38,600 bases of DNA from Malacoraja senta (lineage: Eukaryota). Shown one piece after another: positions 1-10,829 of the stretch (position 1 is its first letter; each line of letters begins with the position of its first letter). The notes beneath the pieces were generated by a model, which was given only the letters and a program-made list of their open reading frames with translations, was not told the DNA's origin and ran no database searches. The stretch covers positions 372,001 through 410,600 of the forward strand of contig JAXLNO010000235.1 in NCBI GenBank assembly GCA_038087875.1. Direction: 5' to 3'. The translations under genes were made by a program, and so were the position numbers.

Positions 1-330
1 GATAGTATGGAGTCGAGGTAGGTGGAGATGAGTTCGGTGGGGCAAGAACAGGCAGAGACAATGGGTCTACCGGGACAGTCAGGTTTGTGGATTTTGGGGA
101 GAAGGTAAAAGCGGGCTGTGCGGGGCTGGGGAACGATGAGGTTGGAGGCTCGTTCGGGCAGGGCGTGGGAGTGGATGAAGTTGGTGATGGTGCTGGAGAT
201 GGTGGCCTGGTGCTCGTCAGTGGGGTCATGGTCCAGGGGTAAGTAGGAAGAGGTGTCCGAGAGTTGGCGCGTGGCCTCAGCTTTGTAGAGGTCGACGCGC
301 CAGACTACCACGGCACCTCCCTTGTCGGCG
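1..330 (-). mobile_element. Penelope-like element reverse transcriptase fragment (continues left of the window)
   Basis: Manual minus-strand translation is open: ADKGGAVVVWRVDLYKAEATRQLSDTSSY...ASNLIVPQPRTARFYLLPKIHKPDCPGRPIVSACSCPTELISTYLDSIL. ADKG, LPKIHK and RPIVS are characteristic PLE RT motifs. Confidence 0.9.
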
Positions 331-770
331 GTAAGCTGGTCAGTCATGTTTTCAAATTGGCACCTCTGCGCGAGATAGCGCAGATCCGCAATAAAGCATT
401 CAACAGGTTCGTCGGGCTGTTGTTATCTCGTGAAAAACTTTGCTCGCTCTAAAATACGGTTCGAGGGCAAGTCGCAAATTTCGGCAAATTTTCGCAATAG
501 ACATACTGGGTCGTTTGCAGACTCCGCAGGTACCTGAATCAGGTCGTTCGCATCCCGGACCTCGGGATCATAGGCAAAGGCTCGCGCTCTCCTCATGGCA
601 TCTGGACCCGCAAGGTTCAGTAGGAGAGAAGCTTTAACAATATCAGGATCGTTGCGATGCACGATATTGATGTAATGAGTGAAGTCCATTTCAAAAGTCG
701 CCCAGCGTTCAGCTATGTCAGCATCAAAGACCAGGGGCGAGGGCTTGCGGCACGAGGATGCCATGGCCAA
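331..770 (-). pseudogene. Ty3/Gypsy-type gag N-terminal part with one internal stop
   Basis: ORF 770-423 (W..F...F..Y, KASLLLNLAG, ERAKFFTR) ends at TAA 425-423. The frame then continues QQPDEPVECFIADLRYLAQRCQF, which resembles the gag major homology region. It lies downstream of an LTR and PBS. Confidence 0.8.
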
Positions 771-845
771 AAAGTCACAAAACTCCGATAAAGCAACACT
801 TGTAAAGAAAAAAAAACACGATATACAGGAGGCGCGCGTTTAAAC

Positions 846-857
846 TTGCTGACACCA
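846..857 (-). promoter_or_regulatory. Primer-binding site (TGGTGTCAG..., tRNA-Leu-like)
   Basis: On the minus strand TGGTGTCAGCAA directly follows the LTR terminus ...CTTTACA. Confidence 0.75.
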
Positions 858-1066
858 TGTAAAGAAGCTGAGTCTGACTCACTTTACTTAACGTTTAATG
901 ATAAGACAGGTTAAACACTTTCCAGCACTGACTGCACCCAGTCTGTCATCATGCTGGAACCAAGGGAGGAGCACACGGGAGATAGAGTTCTTATACTTGA
1001 TAACTAAGGCGTGGTTAGTGGTACTGAGGTAGCTATATTATTGGTTGCATGCATAAACCATCTACA
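858..1066 (-). repeat. 5' LTR (209 bp) of a minus-strand Gypsy-type element
   Basis: TGTAGATGG...CTTCTTTACA termini. It is followed by a PBS and gag, and is homologous to the LTR at 1923-2139. Confidence 0.9.
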
Positions 1067-1838
1067 CAGAGTGCAAAGGGACTGCTGGAGCAGTCCCGCC
1101 TGTCCAACTGCGATTTCTACTTGGGCTTGCTCAACCGACGAAACATCTCCCGGGACCCAGCCATGGGTTCCCCTGCCCAGCGTCTAATGTCGAGGATGAC
1201 AAGACCACCCATGCCAATCGCCCAACAGGCCCTGCTACCCAAAGTGCTCGAGCCTGCCCCTGTCCAACAGCAGATTGACCAGAAGCATGAAAGCCAACGG
1301 CGTTCCCGCGACACGTCCTGCCGCCCCCCTGTCGCCTCTACTGCCAGGCCAAGTCGTTCGGATGCAGACTACCACCGGCTACTCCTGCCTCGCGACCGTG
1401 GTCGGTATGGCTGACTCCCCCAGATCTTACCTGGTGGACTATGAAGGGACTGTCTATCGTCGGAGCCGTCAACACCTACTGGCCGTGAACAAGCCGAAGC
1501 CTGCACCTGCGGGTCCTTATGCTGCTCCGTTGCCGTTCCAGCCTGTCACTGCCGATCTCCCTGCTGTCCCCGCATGCCGCTTACCCCTCTGCTGCGGTCT
1601 CCTCCTCCTCTGCGTTCTCCTCCTCCTCGGCCGCCTGGTTTTGGCCGGGTTTCTTCACCTCCTCGGAGTTCACCCCCTCCTGCCTTTCCAGCTTCGACTG
1701 CGCTTGATCCTCCTTTCACTTTCTCGCCTGCCTCCGCTACGCCCACTCTTCTTTCCGATGGGGGGAGGGGGAGGTGTTGTACGCACGCGTTCGGGTCGCA
1801 TTGTCAAGCCGCCTGTTCGCTACGGCGACTTTGCTTAA
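1067..1838 (+). pseudogene. Gypsy-type integrase C-terminal region, frameshifted
   Basis: QSAKGLLEQ...LLNRRN...SPAQRLMSR (ORF 1049-1414) shifts into PGQVVRMQ...ATVVG...PRSYLV...YRRSRQHLL and a terminal RTRSGRIVKPPVRY (ORF 1275-1838). This is typical of K02A2.6-like integrase tails. Confidence 0.8.
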
Positions 1839-1911
1839 ACTCGCATGCTCTGTGCTGTTACATTGCCACGGTCTAATTCTGTTTTGATTGCCTCCATGTG
1901 CATTTGATTCT

Positions 1912-2139
1912 AAGGGGAAGGATGTAGATGGTCCATTCATGCAACCAATAATATAGCTACCTCAGTACCACTAACCACGCCTTAGTTATCAAGTATAATA
2001 ACTCTCTCTATCTCTCCCTCCCTCTCTTGGTTCCAGCACAGTTACAGACTACAAGTAGTCAGTGCTGGAATGTGTCTAACCTGAGTGATCATTAAACAAT
2101 AAGTAAAGTTACAAGTGTGTCAGACTTAACTTCTTTACA
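1912..2139 (+). repeat. Polypurine tract (1912-1922) plus 3' LTR (1923-2139, 217 bp)
   Basis: AAGGGGAAGGA immediately precedes TGTAGATGG...CTTCTTTACA. Homologous to 858-1066 in inverted orientation. Confidence 0.9.
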
Positions 2140-2866
2140 GGAAGGAACTGCAGATGCTGGAAAATCGTAGGTACACAAAAATGCTGGAGAAACTCAGCGG
2201 GTGCAGCAGCATCTATGGAGCGAAGGAAATAGGCAACGTTTCTGGCCGAAACCCTTCTTCAGACTGATTGGGGTGGGGGAGGGGCACGATAGGAAAATGG
2301 AGGAGGAGCCTGAAGGCTGGGGGATGGGAGGAGACAGCAGGGGGATTGCAGAAGGGGAGGAGACAGCAAGGACTAACAAAATTGGGAGAGTTCGATATTC
2401 ATGCCCCCAGGATGCAGACTCCCCAAGCGGAAAATGAGGTGCTGTTCCTCCAATTTCCGGTGTTTCTCGCTGTGGCCATGGAGGAGACCCAGGACAGAGA
2501 GGTCGGAGATGGAGTGGGAGGGGGAGTTGAAGTTCTGAGCCACCGGGAGGTCAGGTTGGTTATTGCGGACCGATCGGAGGTGTTCGGCGAAACGATTGCC
2601 CAACCTCCGCTTGGTCTCACCGATATAGATCTGCTGACATCTAGAGCAGCGGATGCAATAGATGAGGTTGGAGTCGGGGGGGGGGGGGGGGGGGGAAGGG
2701 GTAAAGGGACAACTGTTGCATCTCTTGCGGTTGCAAGGGAAAGTGCCCGGGGAGGGGGTGGTACGAGAGGGAAGGGAAGAATTGACAAGGGAGTTACGGA
2801 GGGAGCGGTCTTTGCGGAAGGCAGATATGGGGGGAGATGGGAAGATGTGGCGAGTGGTGGGGTCAC
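2140..2866 (-). mobile_element. 5'-truncated Penelope-like (Neptune-type) element: GIY-YIG endonuclease end and 3' tail
   Basis: Encodes ...IYIGET...RFAEHLRSVR...PVAQNFNSPSH...GSLHPGGMNIE. Collinear with 12750-13520 except for a short internal deletion near 2672. Confidence 0.9.
2231..2267 (-). ncRNA. Minimal hammerhead ribozyme-like core (stem II mutated)
   Basis: Minus strand reads CTGAAGA-A-GGGT-TTCG-GCCA-GAAACGTT. Confidence 0.55.
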
Positions 2867-3296
2867 ACGGCTTGTACTCGCTAGAATTTAGAAGATTGAG
2901 GGGGGATCTTATAGAGACTTACACAATTCTTAAGGTGTTGGACAGGAAGATTATTCCCGATGTTGGGGAAGTCCAAAACAAGGGGTCGCAGTTTAAGGAT
3001 AAGAGGGAAGTCTTTTAGGACCGAGATGAGAAAAACATTTTTCATACAGAGAGTGGTGAACCTGTGGAATTCTCTGCCACAGAAGATAGTTGAGGCCAGT
3101 TAATTGGCTATATTTAAGAGGGAGTTAGATGTAGCCGGCCCTTGTGGCTAAAGGGATCGGGGGTATGGAGAGAAGGCAGGTACAGGATACTGAGTTGGAT
3201 GATCAGCCATGATCATATTGAATGGCGATTGGTGCAGGCTCAATGGGCTGAATGGCCTCTACTCCTGCACCTATTCTCTATGTTTCTATGTGTCTA
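2867..3296 (+). mobile_element. CR1 LINE 3' fragment
   Basis: GLYSLEFRRLRGDLIETY motif, 3' UTR hairpin and TCTATGTT-type tail. Confidence 0.9.
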
Positions 3297-3575
3297 ATGG
3301 GGGCGGGGATTTTGGTGACAGTGTGTTAATGGGGGCGGTGGTGGTTCTCGTGGGAGGGTGTGGGTGGGTGGGTCCAGAAACTGCCGGAGATTCGGTGGGG
3401 GGCAGGTGGGTGGATCTACGGTGGGTGGATCTTCGTGGCGGAATCGGAGGTCACCAGGGTCACAAGAGTCATCTGTGGACCAGATCACTGAGGATCCTCA
3501 GTGTGTTGGGGAGAGAGAGGGGGGAGAGGGGGGGGGGGGGGGGGTGAGCAGATGGGATGGAGAGGGAACGGATTC

Positions 3576-4468
3576 CTAAACCCCGCGACGCTGAGTGCAT
3601 TTTACAATCAGAGAAACGGGCGATGTCGCCACTTGTTTGAACTGCTGCCTGAACTTTGTCTGGGTGAGGGCGTAAAGAGCCGTGTTTGTGCAGCAGCTCA
3701 TCATCTGCAACATGTAGCTCAGTTCGGCAAAGAAGCCGTGTGGAGTGTCCCAGCTAAGAATTAATACAGACAGTCTGGACCACACAGCATTTATCGTGAA
3801 GACCGCCCACAACACGATGAAATTCCCCGAGATGACCAGCAGTAAAATGAGGGATTTCCTGCGTCCCTCCATCTCCGGGTCTCTGCCACTCTCCCCACTG
3901 CTGGGACCCCGGAGTCTCCTGCGGGCTCTGCTCGCCACTAACACGTATCTGATGGTCAAAGTGTTGAACACAACAATGAGGACAAATGGCATCACGAGAA
4001 ACTCCCCAATTCCCAAGGCCAGTGAGTTATAAACACAGGATCTTCCCCAACTAAACCTGGCGTCATTATATAGCATGTACCAACCGCTTAACCTTAAACT
4101 CCAGAAGATGTTATTTAAACAGCTCAGCACGGTCACTGTCCCCAGAACCACAGCCGCTGTTTTGTCGGTGCAATAGTTTGTTTTCAGCTTCTGGCAACAA
4201 ATGGCTACAAATCGATCAAAGGTGAAGGTGACGGTGAACCAGACAGAACAGTCGGTGACGGCGTAAAGGAAGAAGGCGTGGATTTTACACACTGGGACAA
4301 CCTCCAGGAACCGAAATGCTTCTTAGTAAGTAATGGGAATCCCCCTCATTATCAGGTCGACAATAATGACCAGTAGATCGGCCGCTGCCATGGCCATCAG
4401 GTAGCGAGTGACACCAGTGGAGAGACCGCACTTTCCCCGGGACAGGACCACAATGGTCAGCGTGTTCA
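3576..4468 (-). pseudogene. GPR139/GPR142-like class A GPCR, coding exon 2, with in-frame TAA at 4325-4323
   Basis: Acceptor ...cccatctcacAG at 4470-4469. Translation: (V)NTLTIVVLSRGKCGLSTGVTRYLMAMAAADLLV...ITY*EAFRFLEVVPVCKIH...VTFTFDRFVAICC...RRKSLILLLVISGNF...SCCTNTALYALTQTKFR. TM2 AxAD, TM3 DRF and TM7 NxxxY motifs are present. ORFs 4323-4505 and 3576-4292 share a frame. Confidence 0.88.
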
Positions 4469-4771
4469 CTGTGAGATGGGAGGGAAGTAAACAGAGACAT
4501 GACACACAGCCAGCGGACTTAGCAAACTCGACAGATTCATCGAGGCGAGGGGAAAATCAAATGCACAATCCTGTTCTTGGATTGTAGAAAATTGTCTAAC
4601 GAGGCTGTCTAGTTGTAACTACTGAAGGTGATACATTATTCTGCATCTGCTCGATTACTTAACAGATGAGAAGCTGCAGTTAGGAGGGTTGGGGAAAAGA
4701 ATCAGATGTGTGTCTGACCATTTCTCACTTCACCATGGGAGTTTAGCTCTTTGCTTCACTGTCACTTCACT

Positions 4772-5201
4772 TTGGCTTATACTCGCTAGAATTTAGGAGA
4801 TTGAGGGGGGGTCTTATAGAAACGTACAAAATTCTTATGGGGTTGGACAGGCTAGATGCAGGAAGATTGTTCCCGATGTTGGGGAAGTCCAGGACAAGGG
4901 GTCACAGCTTAAGGATAAGGGGGAAATCCTTTAAGACCGAGATGAGGAAAAACTTTTTCACACAGAGAGTGGTGAATCTCTGGAACTCTCTGCCACAGAG
5001 GGTAGTTGAGGCCAGTTCATTGGCTATATTTAAGAGGGAGTTAGATGTGGCCCTTGTGGCTAAAGGGATCAGGGGGTATGGAGAGAAGGCAGGTACGGGA
5101 TACTGAGTTGGACGATCAGCCATGATCATATTGAATGGCGGTGCAGGCTCGAAGGGCCGAATGGCCTACTCCTGCACCTATTTTCTATGTATGTATCTAT
5201 G
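4772..5201 (+). mobile_element. CR1 LINE 3' fragment in the GPCR intron
   Basis: ORF 4801-5106 is nearly identical to the C-terminus of ORF 31565-33127. It ends in a TATGTATC tail. Confidence 0.92.
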
Positions 5202-5596
5202 TGAGTGAATCAAAGATTATAGAGCAGAGTAGGTATGAGCGAGCGAGGGAAGTGAGCGAAGGAAGGAGTTCATGGACTCTATTGCCATCTGCATCGGTGC
5301 AAGGGAGGTGATGGTACATTAGACAATCTTGCTTACAGCAGCATGGTAAGAAACAGACTTAAACGTCCGACATAAACACAGGCGGGTGACACATACTCAC
5401 ACAGAATGTACACATCAATTCTGCAAGGCGGGCGGATTGCAGAACCAACTCGCGTATTTAATAAACAAAGACATTAGGACAAAATTAGAAAACAAGTCTA
5501 CACAGAGAATGTTTCGACTAGTGGGAGAGTCAAGGACCAGGGGTCACATCCTCGGAATTAAAAAGGCGTTCCTTTAGGAAGGAGATGAGGAGGAAT

Positions 5597-6795
5597 ATAG
5601 AAACATAGAAACATAGACAATAGGTGCAGGAGTAGGCCATTCGGCCGTTCGAGCATGCACCGCCATTCAATATAATCATGGCTGATCATCCAACTCAGTC
5701 TCCTGTACCTGCCTTCTCTCCATACCGCCTGATCCCTTTAGCCACAAGGGCCACATCTATTTCCCTCTTAAATATAGCCAATGAACTGGCCACAACTACA
5801 TTCTGTGGCATAGAATTCCACAGATTCACCACTCTCTGTGTATGAAAAAAATATGTTTCTCATCTCGGTCCTAAATGACTACCCCCTTATCGTTAAAGTG
5901 TGTGTGACCCCTTGTTCTGGACTTCCCCAACATCGGGAATAATCTTCCTGCATCTAGCCTGTCCAACCCCTTAAGAATTTTGTAAGTTTCTATAAGACAC
6001 CCCCCCCCCCCCCAATCCTCTGAATTCTAGCGAGTACAAGCCGAGTCTATCCAGTCGTTCTTCATATGAAAGTCCTGCCATCCCAGGAATCAGTCCTGTG
6101 AACCTTCTCTGTACTCCCTTTATGCCAATAATAATAATAATAAAGCTTTATTTCAGACACAGGTCCATATAACACATCATACAGTATAAGGAGATACAAA
6201 AATACATTAAAAATTGCATATTAGCCAAGAAGATATACAAGCTATTGCACCAATGCCGTCTTAGCCTAGAAGTGAATCTATAGCAGCTTTTCAGTGGGCT
6301 GACTAGGGCTTCAATTATGTGGTTCTCTGACTTGTCCACGCGACACATAAAACTAAACATCAGCTGTCTTAAGAGTGCCTCACAGTTGACTGGCACTATG
6401 CCACCTAGGGACACGAAGCAGCAACCTCATTGCATCATTGTATGCTACCTTAAGCCTCTGCATACTTTTTTTCTTATAGTTTGACCACAATTGAACAGTA
6501 TATAACGGTGTGATGTAGGTTCTGAACAGGGAACACTTCACAGAGTCAGAGCACATAGAAAACTTCCTTATAAGCATGTTAACTTGAAAATAAAATTTAC
6601 AGTGCTGTCGGTAGAGGCCTTTGTCATCCGTGACATGACCTAGGTATTTAATTTCCTCACACACAGCAAGAGGACTAATAATGTATTTCCTCAGATTAGG
6701 AGACCAAAACTGTACGCAATACTCCAGGTGTGGTCTCACCAAGACCCTGTATAACTGCAGTAGAACCTCCCTGCTCCTATACTCAAATCCTTTCA
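5597..6795 (-). mobile_element. CR1 3' fragment (5597-6126 and about 6677-6795) interrupted by another LINE
   Basis: (CATAGAAA)n tail at 5597. [32 protein letters not shown] at 6680-6795. Confidence 0.85.
6127..6676 (-). mobile_element. RTE-X-like non-LTR retrotransposon 3' fragment
   Basis: KYLGH...[22 protein letters not shown]...QLW...[13 protein letters not shown]-terminal region, followed by AATAAA and an (ATT)n tail. Clade assignment is from recalled motifs. Confidence 0.65.
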
Positions 6796-6980
6796 ACTTC
6801 ATAGTGACAAACCTCTGATCCCCACAAACAGGCAGCATCAACACATTACCCATTACTATGTCGAAGATTTCTTCAAGGGACACGTACGTCATGGATTGTC
6901 CGAGCTACAGACATTTATACCGGATCCCGTCACTGCCGCTTCTCTCCTGCTGTTGCGCGGGAATTTGGACGGGGACTTAC

Positions 6981-7149
6981 CTGGGAGAGCAACAAGGGCT
7001 AGCATGGGATAAAGGACAGGCTGTATAACTCTGAGTGCAAGATAGATTCGATAACTTAAGTGAGGATGAAAAACATAGTCAGCCCAAGAGAAGACTCCCT
7101 TCTCCATGGCGGTAGTTTCCCAGTCTACCGTTTTCACAGACCGATCCAT
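6981..7149 (-). pseudogene. GPR139/GPR142-like GPCR, coding exon 1 (N-terminus and start of TM1)
   Basis: MDRSVK...VIQPVLYPMLALVALP ends at the donor CAG/GTAAGT (6980-6975). The phase-1 junction G+TG joins in frame to exon 2 (LPVNTLT), giving 354 codons in total. Confidence 0.85.
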
Positions 7150-7732
7150 TTGTGTAACACCGCACGCAGTCTCTCACTGTTCCCCGATTACACTCGGTGA
7201 CATTCACTTCACTCTAATATTCCCGGATTCCGAAACATCCATCTAACATCCAACTTTATTGTCCACAGATTACCAATGGGTTTTCTCCCTCTGTGGATGG
7301 AGCTGCTGCTCTCTGTCTGTCGGTGACGGGCGGGATGATCTCACCAACACTCACATATCCCAGCAACAACAGGAATGGTTTATATTGGTAACTGGGAAAT
7401 CTCCAGTGGGTGGGTGACACAACCGGGCTCCGTGTAGACTGACGTTAGTTACACTCACTGAACAAACATCTACTGTTAACTCTTTTGTGTCCGGGCACAA
7501 AGTGCCTCCCTCACGGAAAGGGCACCAGTCATCATGGGTGATGATATCCAGTCTATATGTTCTGTCTAGCGGACAGTTAGTGTCGGGGGAAGGAGCAATC
7601 TACAGACCTGGTAGAATCCGCACCATCTCTCCGCAATCTCGATAATCGTGAGCAGTCGCCTGAAATCGCAATGTTCTGTTTATTCGTTTCCATTGACGAG
7701 TGCATTTCGGGAATCTTCATTCTAACATCTTG

Positions 7733-8416
7733 AAAGATAGAAACATAGAACATAGGTGCAGGAGTAGAGGCCATATGTTCCTTCGAGCCTGCACCGCCAT
7801 TCAATATGATCATGGCTGATCATCCAACTCAGTATCCTGTACCTCCCTTCTCTCTATGCCCCCTAATTCCTTTAGCCACAAGGGCCACATCTGACTCCCT
7901 CTTAAATATAGCCAAAGAACTGTGGCCTCAACTACCTCTGTGGCAGAGAAATCCACAGATTCACCACTCTCTGTGTGAAAAATGATTTCTCATCTCGGTC
8001 CTAAAAGACTTCCCCCTTATCCTTAAACTGTGTGGCCCCTTGATCTGGACTTCCTCAACATTGGGAACAATCTTCCTGCATCTAGCCTATCCATCCCCTT
8101 AAGAATGTTGTAAGTTTCTATAAGACTCCTCCTCAATCTTCTAAATTCTAGCGAGTATAAGCCGAGTGTATTCAATCTTTCTTCATATGAAAGTCCTGAC
8201 ATCCCAGGAATCAGTCTGGTGAACCTTCTCGGTACTCCCTCTATGGCAATAATGTCTTTCCTCAGATTAGGAGACAAAAACTGTACGCAATACTCCAGGT
8301 GTGGTCTCACCAAGACCCTGTACAACTGCAGTAGAACCTCCCTGCTCCTATACTCAAATCCTTTTGCTATGGATGCTAACATACCATTCGCTTTCTTAGA
8401 AACATAGAAACATAGA
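7733..8416 (-). mobile_element. CR1 LINE 3' fragment
   Basis: ORF 8023-8382 ([22 protein letters not shown]) and CATAGAAA tails. Confidence 0.9.
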
Positions 8417-8419
8417 TGA

Positions 8420-8722
8420 TGGATAGGACAGGTCGATGGCCCCCACGTTGTTTAATCACCTACATTCCTGGGAGTTCGAAGTGACGAACCAGGCCCTGTG
8501 GCAACCGTTCAATATGGTCTCTACCTTAGACGTGTAGAAGGTCGGGAGAACATTCACGACAACACCGATGTCCATTCTGCTCGACTCTAACACAGTCAAG
8601 TCGGTTGACTTTAATTATGATTCAATCAATTTGTTGGGTCCACGACAGATGTTCAGAAATATTCACGGCAAGGAACATAACGTTGTTGACTTTCTCCACC
8701 ATCGAACCGTGGATGAAGACAG
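8420..8722 (-). mobile_element. Degenerate Rex1/Babar-like LINE fragment
   Basis: Minus translation VFIHGSMVEKVNNVMFLAVNISEHLSWTQQID resembles the Rex1 pattern VERVSSFKFLGVHISEDLSW. Confidence 0.6.
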
Positions 8723-9698
8723 GTTAATTTTAATTAGTAAGTATGCAGATGATACTAAGATAGGTGGTGTTGTGGATAATGAAGTAGATTTTCAAAGTCT
8801 ACAGAGAGATTTAGGCCATTTGGAAGAGTGGGCTGAAAGATGGCAGATGGAGTTTAATGCTGACAAATGTGAGGTGCTACATCTCGGCAGGACAAATCAA
8901 AATAGGACGTACACGGTAAATGGTAGCGAAATTGAGGAATGCAGTTGAACAGAGGGATCTAGGAATAACTGTGCATAGTTCCCTGAGGTGGAATCTCATG
9001 TAGATAGGGTGGTAAAGAAAGCTTTTGGGGTGCTGGCCTTTATAAATCAGAGCATTGAATATAGAAGTTGGGATGTAATGTTAAAATTGTACAAGGCATT
9101 GGTGAGGCCAATTCTGGCGTATGGAGTACAATTTTGGTCGCCTAATTATAGGAAGGATGTCAACAAAATAGAGAGAGTACAGAGGAGATTTACTAGAATG
9201 TTGCCTGGGTTTCAGCAACTAAGTTACAGAGAAAGGTTGAACAAGTTAGGTCTTTATTCTTTGGAGCGCAGAAGGTTAAGAGGGGACTTGACAGAGGTCT
9301 TTAAAATTATGAGCGGGTTAGACAGAGTGGACGTGGATAAGCTTTTCCCATTGAGAGTAGGGAAGATTCAAACAAGGGGACATGACTTGAGAATTAAGGG
9401 ACAGAAGTTTAGGGGGAACATTAGGGGGAACTTCTTTACTCAGAGAGTGGTAGCTGTGTGGAATGAGCTTCCAGTGGAAGTGGTGGAGGCAGGTTCGATG
9501 TTATCCTTTAAAAATAGATTGGATGGGTATATGGACGGGAAAGGAATGGAGGGTTAAGGTCTGAGTGCAGGTAGATGGGACTAGGGGGAAGTATCTATTT
9601 TTAATTAAAAAAAAAAAAAATTAAAAACAAATGTTCGGCACGGACTTGAAGGGCCGAGATGGCCTGTTTCCGTGCTGTTATGGTTATATGGTTATATG
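8723..9698 (+). mobile_element. CR1 LINE (second subfamily), 5'-truncated
   Basis: ISKYADDTK, WQMEFNADKC, ORF 8988-9557 and a (GGTTATAT)n tail. Confidence 0.92.
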
Positions 9699-9762
9699 AT
9701 CCTCGGTCTTCCTCTTCTAAAATCAGCAATATACCACTTGCCCATGGGAAACACATTGACGA

Positions 9763-9878
9763 AGGGCATGTGAGGTGTCGTGGATTGGACCAGGGGGATA
9801 GGATGGAGTCCAGGTATGTGGAAAGTAATTCAGTGGGGGCAGGAACACGCTGAAACAATGGGCCTACCTGGACAGTCA
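9763..9878 (-). mobile_element. Penelope-like RT fragment, degenerate
   Basis: PTELLSTYLDSILSP matches the protein encoded at 1-60. Confidence 0.65.
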
Positions 9879-9904
9879 GAAGAAGCACGTTGGGACTGAG
9901 TTCC

Positions 9905-10379
9905 AAATGCCGTGCCTATTTTCAAGAAGGGTTGCAAGGAACATGCGGGGAACTATAGGCCGGTACGTTAACATCTGTAGTTGGAAAATTGCTGGAGAGT
10001 AATCTGTGGGGTAGGATATGAATGAATGAGTTCATTGGCCAAGTAAACACATACAATGAATTTGCCTTGGTGAATTTACAGGCATTTGGGTGGTCAAGGG
10101 CTGATTAGGGACTGTCAGCATGGTTTTGTTGGAGGTCATGTCTCACGAATCTGATTGATTTTTTCGAAGACGTGAGCAAGAAGGTTGATGAAAGCAGATC
10201 TGTGGATGTCGTGTACATGAACTTTATAACAAGAAGAATCGAACATAGGAGCAAAGATGTCCTTCTGCAGTTGTACAGGGCACTAGTGAGACAACTCCTG
10301 GAGTATTGTGTGCAGTTTTGGCCTGTTGGCCTTCATAATAAGAGGAGTTGAGTAAAGGAGCAAATAGGTCCTTCTGCAG
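9905..10379 (+). mobile_element. Mosaic of CR1 ORF2 fragments; the last piece (about 10325-10379) continues at 13531
   Basis: GNYRP/TSVVGKLLE, QHGF/SCLTNL and VLLQLYRALVR-type motifs. Confidence 0.75.
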
Positions 10380-10438
10380 GTACACAAAATGCTGGAGAAA
10401 CTCAGCGGGTGCAGCAGCATCTATGGAGCGAAGGAAAT

Positions 10439-10475
10439 AGGCAACGTTTCGGGCCGAAACCCTTCTTCAGACTGA
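10439..10475 (-). ncRNA. Minimal type I hammerhead ribozyme-like core
   Basis: CTGAAGA-A-GGGT-TTCG-GCCC-GAAACGTT: CUGANGA and GAAA boxes, a 4-bp stem II with UUCG loop, and palindromic AACGTT. Confidence 0.7.
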
Positions 10476-10829
10476 TCGGGGGTAGGGGGGGGGGGTGGGG
10501 CAGGGACAAGAAAGGAAAAAGGAGGAGGAACCCGAAGGGCTGGGGGATGGGAGGAGACAGCAGGGGGACTGAGGAAGGGGAGGAGACAGCAAGGACTAAC
10601 AAAATTAGGAGAATTCGATGTTCATGCCCCCAGGATGCAGACTCCCCAAACGGAATATGAGGTGCTGTTCCTCCAATATCCGGTGCTGCTCGCTGTGGCC
10701 TTGGAGGAGTCCCAGGACAGAGAGGTCGGAGACGGAGTGGGAGGGGGAGTTGAAGTGCTGAGCCACAGGGAGGTCAGCTTGGTTATTGCGGACCGAGCGG
10801 AGGTGTTCGGCGAAACGATCGCCCAACCT

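Noticed and set aside
2194..2891. Recurrent short ORFs (MLVLAVSS..., MTPPLATSS..., MNGVEGGG...), also at 10402-13470
   Set aside because: Alternative-frame or antisense translations of repeated Penelope copies, not a gene family.
6380..6892. 170-aa ORF
   Set aside because: Chance read-through of intron, CR1 and RTE-X-like pieces.
7379..7404. Minus-strand TATAAA/CCAAT and an NF-kB-like GGGAAATCTCC about 230 bp upstream of the GPCR ATG
   Set aside because: Short motifs expected by chance, with no transcription-start evidence.
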